Shown: positions 28,051 to 37,416 of the stretch, in pieces
How positions within the stretch are numbered: position 1 is the stretch's first letter
Layout: every line of letters starts with the position of its first letter
DNA from: Bacteroidales bacterium
GTDB taxonomy: Bacteria > Bacteroidota > Bacteroidia > Bacteroidales > WCHB1-69
Reading direction: 5' to 3'
Assembly (NCBI GenBank): GCA_045616665.1
Contig: JAZLHE010000044.1
Location: 1,944-65,943, forward strand
Length of the DNA stretch: 64,000 bases
The notes under the pieces: model-generated
What the model saw: only the letters and a program-made list of their open reading frames with translations
Databases searched by the model: none
Told to the model about the DNA's origin: nothing
Position numbers and translations under genes: made by a program

Positions 28051-30357
28051 CTAATCAAAATTCAGTTCTTGGCGTTTTTCTTGGGCGGCTTGGTCTTCGC
28101 AACCGGTGGCCGCATCTCCTCTAAATGCTTCTGGGACAGTAAAATGGTATCCTTGTGACTGCTTTTCCGCAATTTTCTTGTAAGGAAGTTCCGAATCGGC
28201 ATAACATTTTTGCATAAACAAGCCAAAAACAGGCAATGCGGTTCGTGCTCCTTGGCCTAATGCGGTGGAACGGAAATGAGCAGAACGGTCTTCACAACCC
28301 ACCCAAATTCCACAGGTGAGCACAGGTGTATAACCGACAAACCATCCGTCGGATTGGTTGTCGGTGGTTCCTGTTTTGCCGCCGAGCGGGAAAGTGAGTT
28401 TGTATTGACCTCTCAAACGTCCGCCCGTACCAAAGTCAACCACGCCTTGCATTAATCTCACGGTCTTGAAGGCGGTAATTTGGTCAATGGCTTCGTTGGT
28501 CTTCGGAACGTAGGTGAAAATCACATTGCCTTCCTTGTCGCAAATTCTGGTGATAAAAGTGGGTTCCACATAAACTCCTTGGTTGGGGAAGCAGTTGATG
28601 GCGCCGACCTGTTCGTACAAGGATAATTCGCAGGCACCAAGACAGATGGCCGGAACGGCCGGAATTTCGGAGGTCATACCCATACGGCGAACCAATTCGA
28701 TAACGGCATCAGGACCATATTGCTTCATAATATAGGCGGAAACCTGGTTGAGTGATTGTGCTAAGGCCTCGCGCAGCGGCATCATCTGGCCTTCTTTGTA
28801 ATGCCCCGAGTTGCGCGGCGTCCACGTGTTGCCGTCAGGCAGGTGGATGGTGACCGGAATGTTGGGAACCATTGTGCAGGGCGAGTAGTCACCGGTGGAC
28901 ATGGCCACGGTATAAACGTAGGGCTTGAACGTGGAACCAACTTGTCGGCGCGACAATTTCACGTGGTCATATTGGAAATACTTGTAATTCGTTCCGCCAA
29001 CGTATGCCTTGACGTGTCCTGTGTTGACATCTACCGCCATCAAACCGCAATGCAGGAAGGACTTGAAGTAGCGAATGGAATCCATCGGCGTCATCACGGT
29101 GTCTTTCATCCCTTCCCAGGAAAAAACGGTCATTCGTACTTTTTTGTTGAAAGCGGCTATGATTTCCTCTTCGGAGGCACCGGCATCTTTCATCCGCTGG
29201 TAACGGTCGGAGCGTCTCATCGCAGCATAGAGAATCTTGTTGGTTTCTTCTTCGCTCAGATTGACAAACGGTGCATTGTTTTTACCACGGATATGCTCGA
29301 AAAACATTGGCTGCAGGTATTTGCAAACGTGTTCATAGACGGCTTCTTCAGCGTGTTTCTGCATTCTGGAGTCAATGGTGGTGTAGATACGAAGACCGTC
29401 GCTGTAAATGTCGTAATGCGAACCGTCGGGTTTGGGATTGTTTTTGCACCATTCGGTAAGGTACAATCTCAAGTATTCTCTGAAGTAAGTGGCACTTCCC
29501 GCCGTGTGGTCTTGTACCAGGAAATTGGACATATCGATATTCAATTGCTGCAATGAATCGCATTCGCTGTCGGTGATGAAGTCGTATTTGTTCATTTGCG
29601 ACAAGACAGTATTGCGGCGTTCCTTGGAAGCGTTGGGATTTCTAACAGGACTGTATTTGGTAGGGGCTTTGAGCATACCGACCAAAAGAGCCGACTCTTC
29701 CGCGCTCAAGTCAATAGGTTCTTTGTTGAAGTAAGTCTTGGAGGCAGATTTGATGCCCATTGAGTTGTTACCGAAATCAACCGTGTTGAAATAAAGGGCC
29801 ATGATTTCGTTTTTCGAAAATTCGCGTTCCAGTTTCACGGCCACCACCCATTCCTTGAATTTGGTAAGGACTAATTTCAGTTTGTTGGCCTTGGGATCAC
29901 GCGGAAAGAGGTTCTTGGCCAATTGCTGGGTGATGGTACTGCCGCCGCCTTTGTGGTTGGATGTCAGCACGCCAAATCCCACGCGGAAAAGGGCACGGAA
30001 ATCAATGCCGGAATGTTTGTAAAAACGAGCGTCTTCGGTAGCTATCAGCGCGTTGACAAGGTTGGGCGATATTTCGTCGAATTTACAGCTGGTGCGGTTT
30101 TCAAAGTAATATTTGCCTAATACAACACCATCTTCGGAATACACTTCCGTGGCCTGATTAGTCTCAGGATTCTCTAAATCGGCAAAAGAGGGCATAAATC
30201 CCAGCCAACCTAATGAAATTAAGGCAAAGATAATGAAAATGACGCCTGTGCAAGAACCGTAAAAAATCCAAAATGGCTTAATCCACTTGCTTTTGGGCCA
30301 AGAGGATTTGTTTGATCTGCTGCCTTTGGAACTTTTCTTATTTCCGCTATTATACAT
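28051..30357 (-). CDS. mrcA: Penicillin-binding protein 1A (bifunctional transglycosylase/transpeptidase)
   Basis: GT51 motifs EDARFYKHSGID and GGSTITQQ. Transpeptidase STFKP, SLN and KTGT motifs. Confidence 0.92.
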   Translation of the reverse strand: MYNSGNKKSSKGSRSNKSSWPKSKWIKPFWIFYGSCTGVIFIIFALISLGWLGFMPSFADLENPETNQATEVYSEDGVVLGKYYFENRTSCKFDEISPNLVNALIATEDARFYKHSGIDFRALFRVGFGVLTSNHKGGGSTITQQLAKNLFPRDPKANKLKLVLTKFKEWVVAVKLEREFSKNEIMALYFNTVDFGNNSMGIKSASKTYFNKEPIDLSAEESALLVGMLKAPTKYSPVRNPNASKERRNTVLSQMNKYDFITDSECDSLQQLNIDMSNFLVQDHTAGSATYFREYLRLYLTEWCKNNPKPDGSHYDIYSDGLRIYTTIDSRMQKHAEEAVYEHVCKYLQPMFFEHIRGKNNAPFVNLSEEETNKILYAAMRRSDRYQRMKDAGASEEEIIAAFNKKVRMTVFSWEGMKDTVMTPMDSIRYFKSFLHCGLMAVDVNTGHVKAYVGGTNYKYFQYDHVKLSRRQVGSTFKPYVYTVAMSTGDYSPCTMVPNIPVTIHLPDGNTWTPRNSGHYKEGQMMPLREALAQSLNQVSAYIMKQYGPDAVIELVRRMGMTSEIPAVPAICLGACELSLYEQVGAINCFPNQGVYVEPTFITRICDKEGNVIFTYVPKTNEAIDQITAFKTVRLMQGVVDFGTGGRLRGQYKLTFPLGGKTGTTDNQSDGWFVGYTPVLTCGIWVGCEDRSAHFRSTALGQGARTALPVFGLFMQKCYADSELPYKKIAEKQSQGYHFTVPEAFRGDAATGCEDQAAQEKRQELNFD

Positions 30358-30472
30358 TTTTACTGCTAATTTAGTTAAAAAACAAAATTAACTATATATA
30401 GCATATAAGTTTTGGAATATGAATATTATTTTTCAACAGCTAAAAGTGCATTATGTGGAACTGAAAAATGAA

Positions 30473-31729
30473 TTATTTTGTTTTTTCCAAATAGTGTTTT
30501 ATCAACGCTTTGTCTTTCCTTGATTCCGTGATCATTCGCAGTGCTTTGTTCACTTCGTCAACGGTGCCCACGCACTCAAAGGGCTTGTTGGGCGCAATGC
30601 CGGTGAGTTCGTCAAAGTATTGACGCAATTCGATTTTGTTGAGCAGGTCTTCACCAAAAATCTGTATCATCGTGGCATCATCGATGAACGGTGACAGGAT
30701 GATGTAGGCAAATAAACATTTGGAACAGTTGCAGCACCATTTGTTTTCCTTGCTTCCAGCGTTGCAACTTTTGAAAACAGGAAAATATTGTGGATGGCGG
30801 GCAAACATCTCAGCGATCTGCAACTCGGTATAAGGTCGTAAATGGCTGTAGTAGTGGTTGCAATCGTTGAGGAAGGTTTTGACGTAATATCTGAAATCTT
30901 CTTCGTATTCCAATGTCTTTGAATATTGGTGGTTGATTTTGGTTCCGGGAATGGTCGGTTCGTTGGCACTGGATTCGTTTGACAAGGCAACTTGTCGCGT
31001 GTTGGTGGCGTAACTGACTAATAATGAGTAGAAACTGAGCATAGCCGAAAAAGGTGTGTGTCCGTTCAAAAAACCTTCCTTGTTGAGACTTAGCAGTTGC
31101 GGCGCGATTTCCCTATGCAGTACGACAATGTCTTCGACATTGGGAAAACCGGCAATGCGGGCACAGTCTAACGTGGCGCCGCGCGGATTGATGATGAACG
31201 GAATGATGTCCTTCGTTTGCCTCAAATCCTCTAAAGTTACCACAGAATCCTTGCCGCCGCCAATAGGAACAATAACGTGCCGAGTGTCGCTAACTTGCGG
31301 ATAAACCAATTCGTCGCACTGACGGCTGTCGTCGGAGAATTGAAAATGAACGAATTCTTCTTGCGTTGTCTCGATTTTATTCTGATAGAAAAATTCTCCT
31401 AATCCGTTGAAATATAGTTTCTTCCACCAATCCTGCATTTCTTTTGTCAAATGATAGGGGTGAACGAGAAGGGTGGCTGAACAACAGCATTTCCAATAAC
31501 TGATTAACTCAATGAGTCCAATTTGGAAAACAAGTCCATTGACATAATTCTCTTCGATGTGATTAATGCCGTATTTTCCTAAAGACAACTTCATTTTAGG
31601 TTGAAATTCGTAAGATCCAACGGCAAAGAAAAATTGAATATCTATCTCGTTACCCTTGATGTTAAAATCATATTTTTGATATTCGAATACTGGAAAATCT
31701 TTGCGTAATTGTTCGTATTTTTCGTTCAT
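30473..31729 (-). CDS. Uncharacterised PP-loop (adenine nucleotide alpha-hydrolase-like) protein with C-terminal Cys cluster
   Basis: 418 aa. VPIGGGKDS resembles the SGGxDS PP-loop. SCN...WCCNCSKC cluster. About 150-aa N-terminal domain of unknown type. Confidence 0.5.
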   Translation of the reverse strand: MNEKYEQLRKDFPVFEYQKYDFNIKGNEIDIQFFFAVGSYEFQPKMKLSLGKYGINHIEENYVNGLVFQIGLIELISYWKCCCSATLLVHPYHLTKEMQDWWKKLYFNGLGEFFYQNKIETTQEEFVHFQFSDDSRQCDELVYPQVSDTRHVIVPIGGGKDSVVTLEDLRQTKDIIPFIINPRGATLDCARIAGFPNVEDIVVLHREIAPQLLSLNKEGFLNGHTPFSAMLSFYSLLVSYATNTRQVALSNESSANEPTIPGTKINHQYSKTLEYEEDFRYYVKTFLNDCNHYYSHLRPYTELQIAEMFARHPQYFPVFKSCNAGSKENKWCCNCSKCLFAYIILSPFIDDATMIQIFGEDLLNKIELRQYFDELTGIAPNKPFECVGTVDEVNKALRMITESRKDKALIKHYLEKTK

Positions 31730-31915
31730 CTTTAATTTTTTATCTTAATTCAAAATGTTATTTTTCTTTGTGGTGAATAAATGTCTTGGCTAAAATCCTT
31801 TAACCCAAGTGCTTTCGCGTTTTCTGATTTTTAGTTTCTATTTAAGATTTTCAGTTTAAAAAGCGTATTTTTGCAATGTGAAAATCATCTTACAAAAATA
31901 AGAAAAATCTACATT

Positions 31916-32497
31916 ATGATTGCGGCTGATGAATTTTTTGATGTTAAACCTACGGAATTTGCTTTGTCGGCAGGAAGAATCTTGATTTCCGTTCCCTTTT
32001 ACAATGATCCGTTTTTCAATCATTCGGTGGTTTTGATGACGGATTATGAGGAAAATTCCTGTGCCGGTTTGGTGTTGAACAAGGCATCTCGACTGTCGGT
32101 CCGGAAGTTGACGAGTGAGATCAAGGTGGATGATAAAATGTTTATCGGAGGACCTGTTTTGCCCGATGGTATTTTTTGTGTGCATAATTTTGAAAATTCC
32201 AAATCGGCCAATAAGTTGTTGCCTGGAATTTATATCGGTTCGGATGAAATCCTGCTGTCGTTGATTGAACATCACGCCATTCCAACTTTGAAGTATCGTT
32301 TCTTTGTCGGCTATGCGGGGTGGTCTCCAGGACAGTTGGAAGGTGAGTTGAGGGAGAATATGTGGGTGATTGGCGCGGCCACTCCGGAATTGGTTTTTGA
32401 CACACCAGCCCATTTGATTTGGGAAACAGCTGTCCGCAATTTGGGTGAATCCTATCAACATTGGCTGAAACTTCCTCGCAATATTTCCAATAATTAA
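31916..32497 (+). CDS. YqgE/AlgH family (UPF0301) protein
   Basis: ATG 31916, downstream of the -7 box TATTTTTG at 31866-31873. GRILISVP...FNHSVVLM...GLVLNK family signature. Confidence 0.8.
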   Translation: MIAADEFFDVKPTEFALSAGRILISVPFYNDPFFNHSVVLMTDYEENSCAGLVLNKASRLSVRKLTSEIKVDDKMFIGGPVLPDGIFCVHNFENSKSANKLLPGIYIGSDEILLSLIEHHAIPTLKYRFFVGYAGWSPGQLEGELRENMWVIGAATPELVFDTPAHLIWETAVRNLGESYQHWLKLPRNISNN

Positions 32498-32705
32498 CAA
32501 CGCGTTCGTTTGGGATGTTTGCTGACTATTGCGGCAAAAGTCGTTTGTTTTGTCACAAATGGTTTTACATTGGCAAAATACTTCTTTTGCTGTCTTAAGA
32601 AAACAATTAAAACGAAATCCATATTCTTTAAAAGTGATGTTTTTAAAATAATGGGAATAATTTTGAAAAATAAGCCAAGAAAGAGGGTTGTTTAAATAGT
32701 TTTTG

Positions 32706-32713
32706 TATTTTTG
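32706..32713 (+). promoter_or_regulatory. -7 box TATTTTTG for lpdA
   Basis: Matches TAnnTTTG, 37 nt upstream of the ATG. Confidence 0.5.
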
Positions 32714-32749
32714 CAGATTGAAGTAAATTAAGGAATAAAGTATATAACT

Positions 32750-34141
32750 ATGAATTACGATTTGATTGTTGTCGGGAGCGGTCCCGGAGGTTATGTGGCG
32801 GCTATTCGTGCCAGCCAGTTGAATATGAAGGTTGCGGTTGTTGAACGTGCCGAAGTGGGTGGCATTTGCCTGAATTGGGGTTGTATTCCCACCAAGGCTT
32901 TGCTGAAGTCGGCACAAGTGTTTAACTATGCCAAACACGCGGCCAACTATGGCATTTCCGTGGAAGGCGTGACTGCCGATTTTGAAGCTGTGGTCAAACG
33001 TAGCCGTACCGTGGCCGATATGATGAGCAAGGGGGTTCAGTTCTTGCTGAAAAAGAACAATGTGGAAGTCATTAACGGCTTCGGTAAAATTGTCAAAGAC
33101 AAAAAAGTGGAAGTGACGAAAGCCGACGGCAGCGTGGAGTTGTTTGAAGCCAGTCATATCATCTTGGCAACTGGCGCACGTTCCCGTTCTCTGCCCAATG
33201 TACAGCAGGATGGAAAGAAAATTATCGGTTATCGTGAAGCACTGACTTTGCCCAAATTGCCTGAAACAATGGTGGTTATGGGTTCTGGTGCCATCGGTAG
33301 CGAGTTGGCGTTTTTCTATGCTTCTATGGGTACGAAAGTCACTATTGTGGAATATATGCCCAATCTGGTTCCCGTTGAAGACGAGGAGATTTCCAAACAG
33401 TTGGAACGCTCTTTCCGCAAGGCCGGCATCAAGACGATGACTTCCGCCGCTGTGGAAAGTGTGGATACAACAGGTGACCTATGTAAGGTCTCCGTCAAAG
33501 ATGCCAAAGGCAATATGGTCGAACTGGAATGCGAGATCGTTTTGTCTGCCGTTGGCGTAATCACCAATTTGGAAGGCATCGGCCTGGAAGAATATGGTGT
33601 CGCTACAGAACGCGGTAAGGTGGTGGTGGACGACTACTATCGCACCAATCAGGATGGAATTTATGCCATTGGTGACATCGTTCACGGTCCCGCTTTGGCA
33701 CACGTGGCTTCTCACGAGGCTTTGGTCTGTGTAGAGAAAATCGCCGGTTTGAATCCTACTCCGGTAGATTATGGCAATATTCCGGGCTGTACATACACTA
33801 CGCCTGAAATTGCTTCGGTGGGTTTGACCGAACGCAAGTGTGTGGAACAGGGCCGCGAGGTACTGATCGGAAAATTCCCATTCACGGCTTCCGGTAAGGC
33901 AACGGCTTCCGGCAGCCGTGACGGTATGGTGAAGTTGATTTTTGATAAAAATACGGGTGAATGGCTCGGCTGCCATCTGGTTGGCGATAATGTGACCGAA
34001 ATGATCTCGGGTGCCGTGCTGGCTCGCAGTATGAAGGTGACAGGTCCTGATATTATCCACGCTGTACATCCTCACCCCACGCTTTCTGAGGCTATAATGG
34101 AAGCCGCAGCCGCTGCTTACGGCGAATGTGTTCATTTATAA
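32750..34141 (+). CDS. lpdA: Dihydrolipoyl dehydrogenase
   Basis: GSGPGGY FAD motif, redox-active GGICLNWGCIPTK, and C-terminal HPHPTLSE. Confidence 0.93.
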   Translation: MNYDLIVVGSGPGGYVAAIRASQLNMKVAVVERAEVGGICLNWGCIPTKALLKSAQVFNYAKHAANYGISVEGVTADFEAVVKRSRTVADMMSKGVQFLLKKNNVEVINGFGKIVKDKKVEVTKADGSVELFEASHIILATGARSRSLPNVQQDGKKIIGYREALTLPKLPETMVVMGSGAIGSELAFFYASMGTKVTIVEYMPNLVPVEDEEISKQLERSFRKAGIKTMTSAAVESVDTTGDLCKVSVKDAKGNMVELECEIVLSAVGVITNLEGIGLEEYGVATERGKVVVDDYYRTNQDGIYAIGDIVHGPALAHVASHEALVCVEKIAGLNPTPVDYGNIPGCTYTTPEIASVGLTERKCVEQGREVLIGKFPFTASGKATASGSRDGMVKLIFDKNTGEWLGCHLVGDNVTEMISGAVLARSMKVTGPDIIHAVHPHPTLSEAIMEAAAAAYGECVHL

Positions 34142-34161
34142 TCGAAATGTGACCAGTTTTT

Positions 34162-35103
34162 ATGGCAATGATGAAGAAAATTTTGCTGTTTTCATTGATA
34201 CTTCTGATTGGTGCTACGGGATTCTCTCAGGAATGGAAGAAAAACCATCATCGCGAGTCGTACGAAAAAAACAATAAGGGACGAAATTTCGGTGATGACG
34301 TAGAAGATCAGGGTTTCAATTTTATCATTGCCGGTGGTTGCTATTTCGGTTCCAAATACAATGCTCAATACTATAACGGAAGTCTTGAAAACGAGAATAA
34401 TCTCGGCTATATTTTCGGTAACAAGTATTGGTATGATGAAATCAACCGGACGATTCAGAACTATTATCCCTATATCAGCGATTCGGTTTATCTGGGTGGT
34501 CCGTTGGGCAATATGAGTTACAAGGTCAGCGTGTTTGTCCAGTTGGGAGTGAAGTACCGCTTGACGAAAAACTGGGGCATACAGTTAACCTATTCTTACG
34601 CCCATTTGATTGCGAATGGCGGTTTTAGATTGTTGTATAATGCGCCTTCTGGAAACATCGGTAACCGGACGGGAATGCTCGACAATCAGTATATGGTCGG
34701 GCGCGAAGATCGCTCTATGTTTGATTTGTCTGCTTGCTATGTGTTTACTACCAAGTCAATTGTGAAACCGTATTTGGAAGCCGGGCTGCAATTCAATTTT
34801 GTGCGCGTCAAGAAGATGGAGGCTTATTTTTATGATGACAATAAAAATAAGATCTTGACTTTCGATGTCTTAAATAATTATCAGCAGAATATTCCAGGAG
34901 TGCAATCCGATGGATCTAAAGTGCGTTATGGCGGTCCGGGTTTTGGCTTTTCTGCTTGCGCAGGCCTAAAAATCGCCTTTAACAAGGTGATTTCCATTGA
35001 TCCTAATTTCTATTTTTCTGCCAGCAAATTTGGTCTGGAAGGTTACAAGGATAAGTTCTCGTGCAATTTCGGCGTGCTTATTCGATTCGTTTTTAATTCA
35101 TAA
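34162..35103 (+). CDS. Putative outer-membrane beta-barrel protein
   Basis: Signal peptide and alternating aromatic/Gly-rich strands. No named family recognised. Confidence 0.4.
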   Translation: MAMMKKILLFSLILLIGATGFSQEWKKNHHRESYEKNNKGRNFGDDVEDQGFNFIIAGGCYFGSKYNAQYYNGSLENENNLGYIFGNKYWYDEINRTIQNYYPYISDSVYLGGPLGNMSYKVSVFVQLGVKYRLTKNWGIQLTYSYAHLIANGGFRLLYNAPSGNIGNRTGMLDNQYMVGREDRSMFDLSACYVFTTKSIVKPYLEAGLQFNFVRVKKMEAYFYDDNKNKILTFDVLNNYQQNIPGVQSDGSKVRYGGPGFGFSACAGLKIAFNKVISIDPNFYFSASKFGLEGYKDKFSCNFGVLIRFVFNS

Positions 35104-35123
35104 AATCAATTAAACTTCAAAAT

Positions 35124-37415
35124 ATGAAAAAAGTTGTCTTGCTGTCTATATTGCTATGGCCGTTGTTCTGGTTTAATGTCCAGGCCCAGCCGATAACGAC
35201 TATCCCGGTAAACGGAACGTCTCCCAATGCGTTGATAAATGGTTATTTGGCGGCGGAAGGCGTGACTTTGCACGATTGTAAGTTCAATTGGAGTGCCAAT
35301 AATATCAATGGTTCACAAGTGGGGCGCTTTACCAATACGAGTGCATCTTTCCCTTTTCAGTCCGGTATTATTTTGACAACGGGAAATATTAATGTGGCAC
35401 CAGGACCAAATAGTTCGGGGAGTGCGAGTTCCACGACCGGTGTGAATCACGCTGCTATCGATCAAGATCTGCAAGGTTTGGTGTCTGTGCCTTTGAATAA
35501 TGCATCTGTTTTGCAGTTTAATTTCAATTGTTATCTTACGCCCTCGTTTTCTTTTAAGTACATTTTTGGTTCTGAAGAATACCCTGAATATGTCTGCTCA
35601 GAATTCAATGATGTTTTTGGATTCTTTCTGACGGGTCCCGATGCGATTACGCAACAAGTGGTTACCAAGAATGTGGCTATTATTCCGGGTTCCGGGAATA
35701 TCCCCGTGAGTATCAATGCGGTTAATTCGGGAAGTCCTGGAGGTAACTATTCCGCCGATGATTGTACTTCTCTGGCCTATAGTCATTTTTATGTCAATAA
35801 CTCAGGTGGACAAGTTTTAGAATATGATGGCTATACTACAGAATTGGAAGCATCGCAGTCGCTTTGTCCCTGTTCAGAATATCAAATGAAGATTTCTATT
35901 GCCAATGCTTCCGATGATGGGTATGATTCGGGAGTGTTTCTGAAGCAAGGTAGTTTCTTGGTTCCATCGTTCTTTTTTGAACAAGAAATGAGTATGGATA
36001 ATGATACGATTATCAAAAACTGCAATTATGCCAATGTAAATTTGCGTTATCAGGGAATTTTAGAATATGCCGTTTCGGTAAATTTGGTTTCCTCTGGGGG
36101 AACGGCGATTAATGGTGCGGATTTTTATGTGTTGCGTGATCGTTCCAATGGTCAGGTGGACACCATCAGAGACAATGTCCCCTTTATTTTCTATGAAGGT
36201 GACACTGCCGTCAATATGCGTGTGGAATGCGCGCAATCAGCCCATTTCAATCCGGGAGAGGTGAAGACGGTGAAGTTGGTTTACGAAACCATCATTTGCG
36301 AGCAGTTCCGCTATCTTGATGGCACGACAAGCAGATATTCGCAATTTGATTCCTTGGAATTTGTTATGGTGGATAATAATTTGTTCACCTTGACCAGCGA
36401 CAGCATCTTCTACTGTGACCGCTGTAATCACGTGGCTTTGCAGATGACCGGCGGTACGGAACCATTGACATACAATTGGACGCCGTCGGCTCCGTTGAAC
36501 AATGCGCACGCCCGTGAAACCGATGCCAATATTACGGAAAACACGACTTTTATGATTGCCGTCAGCGACCGTTGGGGTTGTTTGGTCGATACCGCCTATC
36601 ATACGGCTTTGATTACAGGAACGCCTACCATCCAAGGTCACTATAGTATCGCTCCAAACAATATCTGTGTGCCAGAAGAAGTGACTTTCTCTTCAACGGC
36701 CACACCTGCATCGACACATAAGTGGATTATTTCTTCACCGACGATGTGTGATACCATTTATGGCGATCACCAAACCTATACTTTTACCGACCCCGGCCAC
36801 TATTCTGTGTATTATCAGGCCTACGAAGCGTTGGCTTGTGCGGCGGAGATTAATTTGTCAAATTATATTACGGCAGGAATGAAGCCGACGGCCGATTTTA
36901 CGCTTGAACCTTTGGAGGCGGAAGTTGGTCAAAACGTGTATTTTACGAATAATTCTATCGGAGATAACGTGAATTATCATTGGGGGTTTGGCGACGGTTC
37001 AGTGAGCACAGAGGAAAATCCTTCACATATTTACACCAACGAAGATTCCTATAATGTGGTATTGTCGGTGACGGATCGTGATAATACGGTTTGTGAAGAT
37101 TCTCATACCGAAACGGTGCAGGTGGTCGATAACCACGTGCTTTATGTTCCCAATTCGTTTACTCCCAACGATGATGGGTTGAATGACGTGTTCTTGCCGG
37201 TGGTGACGAATGTGGCCAAGTATTCCATTTCTATCTTTGATAGACACGGCACCCTTGTGTTTACTTCGGATAACACGGAACAAGGTTGGGACGGTACGAA
37301 TTTTAATGGGAAACCATGTCCTTCTGGAATCTATACCTATTTTATTCAATATGTTAGATATAATAATTTAACTCAAGACCTTCTAAAACGGGGATCCGTG
37401 ACCCTTGTTCGCTAA
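35124..37415 (+). CDS. Cell-surface protein: choice-of-anchor L domain + PKD-like domains + T9SS type B C-terminal sorting domain
   Basis: Signal peptide. The N-terminal GIILTTGNINVAPGPN region is typical of choice-of-anchor L. FGDGS PKD motif. The C-terminus LYVPNSFTPNDDGLNDVF...GIYTYFIQY matches the gliding-motility/T9SS type B CTD. Confidence 0.8.
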   Translation: MKKVVLLSILLWPLFWFNVQAQPITTIPVNGTSPNALINGYLAAEGVTLHDCKFNWSANNINGSQVGRFTNTSASFPFQSGIILTTGNINVAPGPNSSGSASSTTGVNHAAIDQDLQGLVSVPLNNASVLQFNFNCYLTPSFSFKYIFGSEEYPEYVCSEFNDVFGFFLTGPDAITQQVVTKNVAIIPGSGNIPVSINAVNSGSPGGNYSADDCTSLAYSHFYVNNSGGQVLEYDGYTTELEASQSLCPCSEYQMKISIANASDDGYDSGVFLKQGSFLVPSFFFEQEMSMDNDTIIKNCNYANVNLRYQGILEYAVSVNLVSSGGTAINGADFYVLRDRSNGQVDTIRDNVPFIFYEGDTAVNMRVECAQSAHFNPGEVKTVKLVYETIICEQFRYLDGTTSRYSQFDSLEFVMVDNNLFTLTSDSIFYCDRCNHVALQMTGGTEPLTYNWTPSAPLNNAHARETDANITENTTFMIAVSDRWGCLVDTAYHTALITGTPTIQGHYSIAPNNICVPEEVTFSSTATPASTHKWIISSPTMCDTIYGDHQTYTFTDPGHYSVYYQAYEALACAAEINLSNYITAGMKPTADFTLEPLEAEVGQNVYFTNNSIGDNVNYHWGFGDGSVSTEENPSHIYTNEDSYNVVLSVTDRDNTVCEDSHTETVQVVDNHVLYVPNSFTPNDDGLNDVFLPVVTNVAKYSISIFDRHGTLVFTSDNTEQGWDGTNFNGKPCPSGIYTYFIQYVRYNNLTQDLLKRGSVTLVR

Positions 37416-37416
37416 T

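Noticed and set aside
31856-33157. 433-aa minus-strand ORF spanning the yqgE-like gene, the intergenic region and the 5' part of lpdA
   Set aside because: It is antisense to two genes with strong family signatures. It has a low-complexity, His/Phe/Asn-rich sequence with no motifs and crosses a promoter region. It is a typical shadow ORF.
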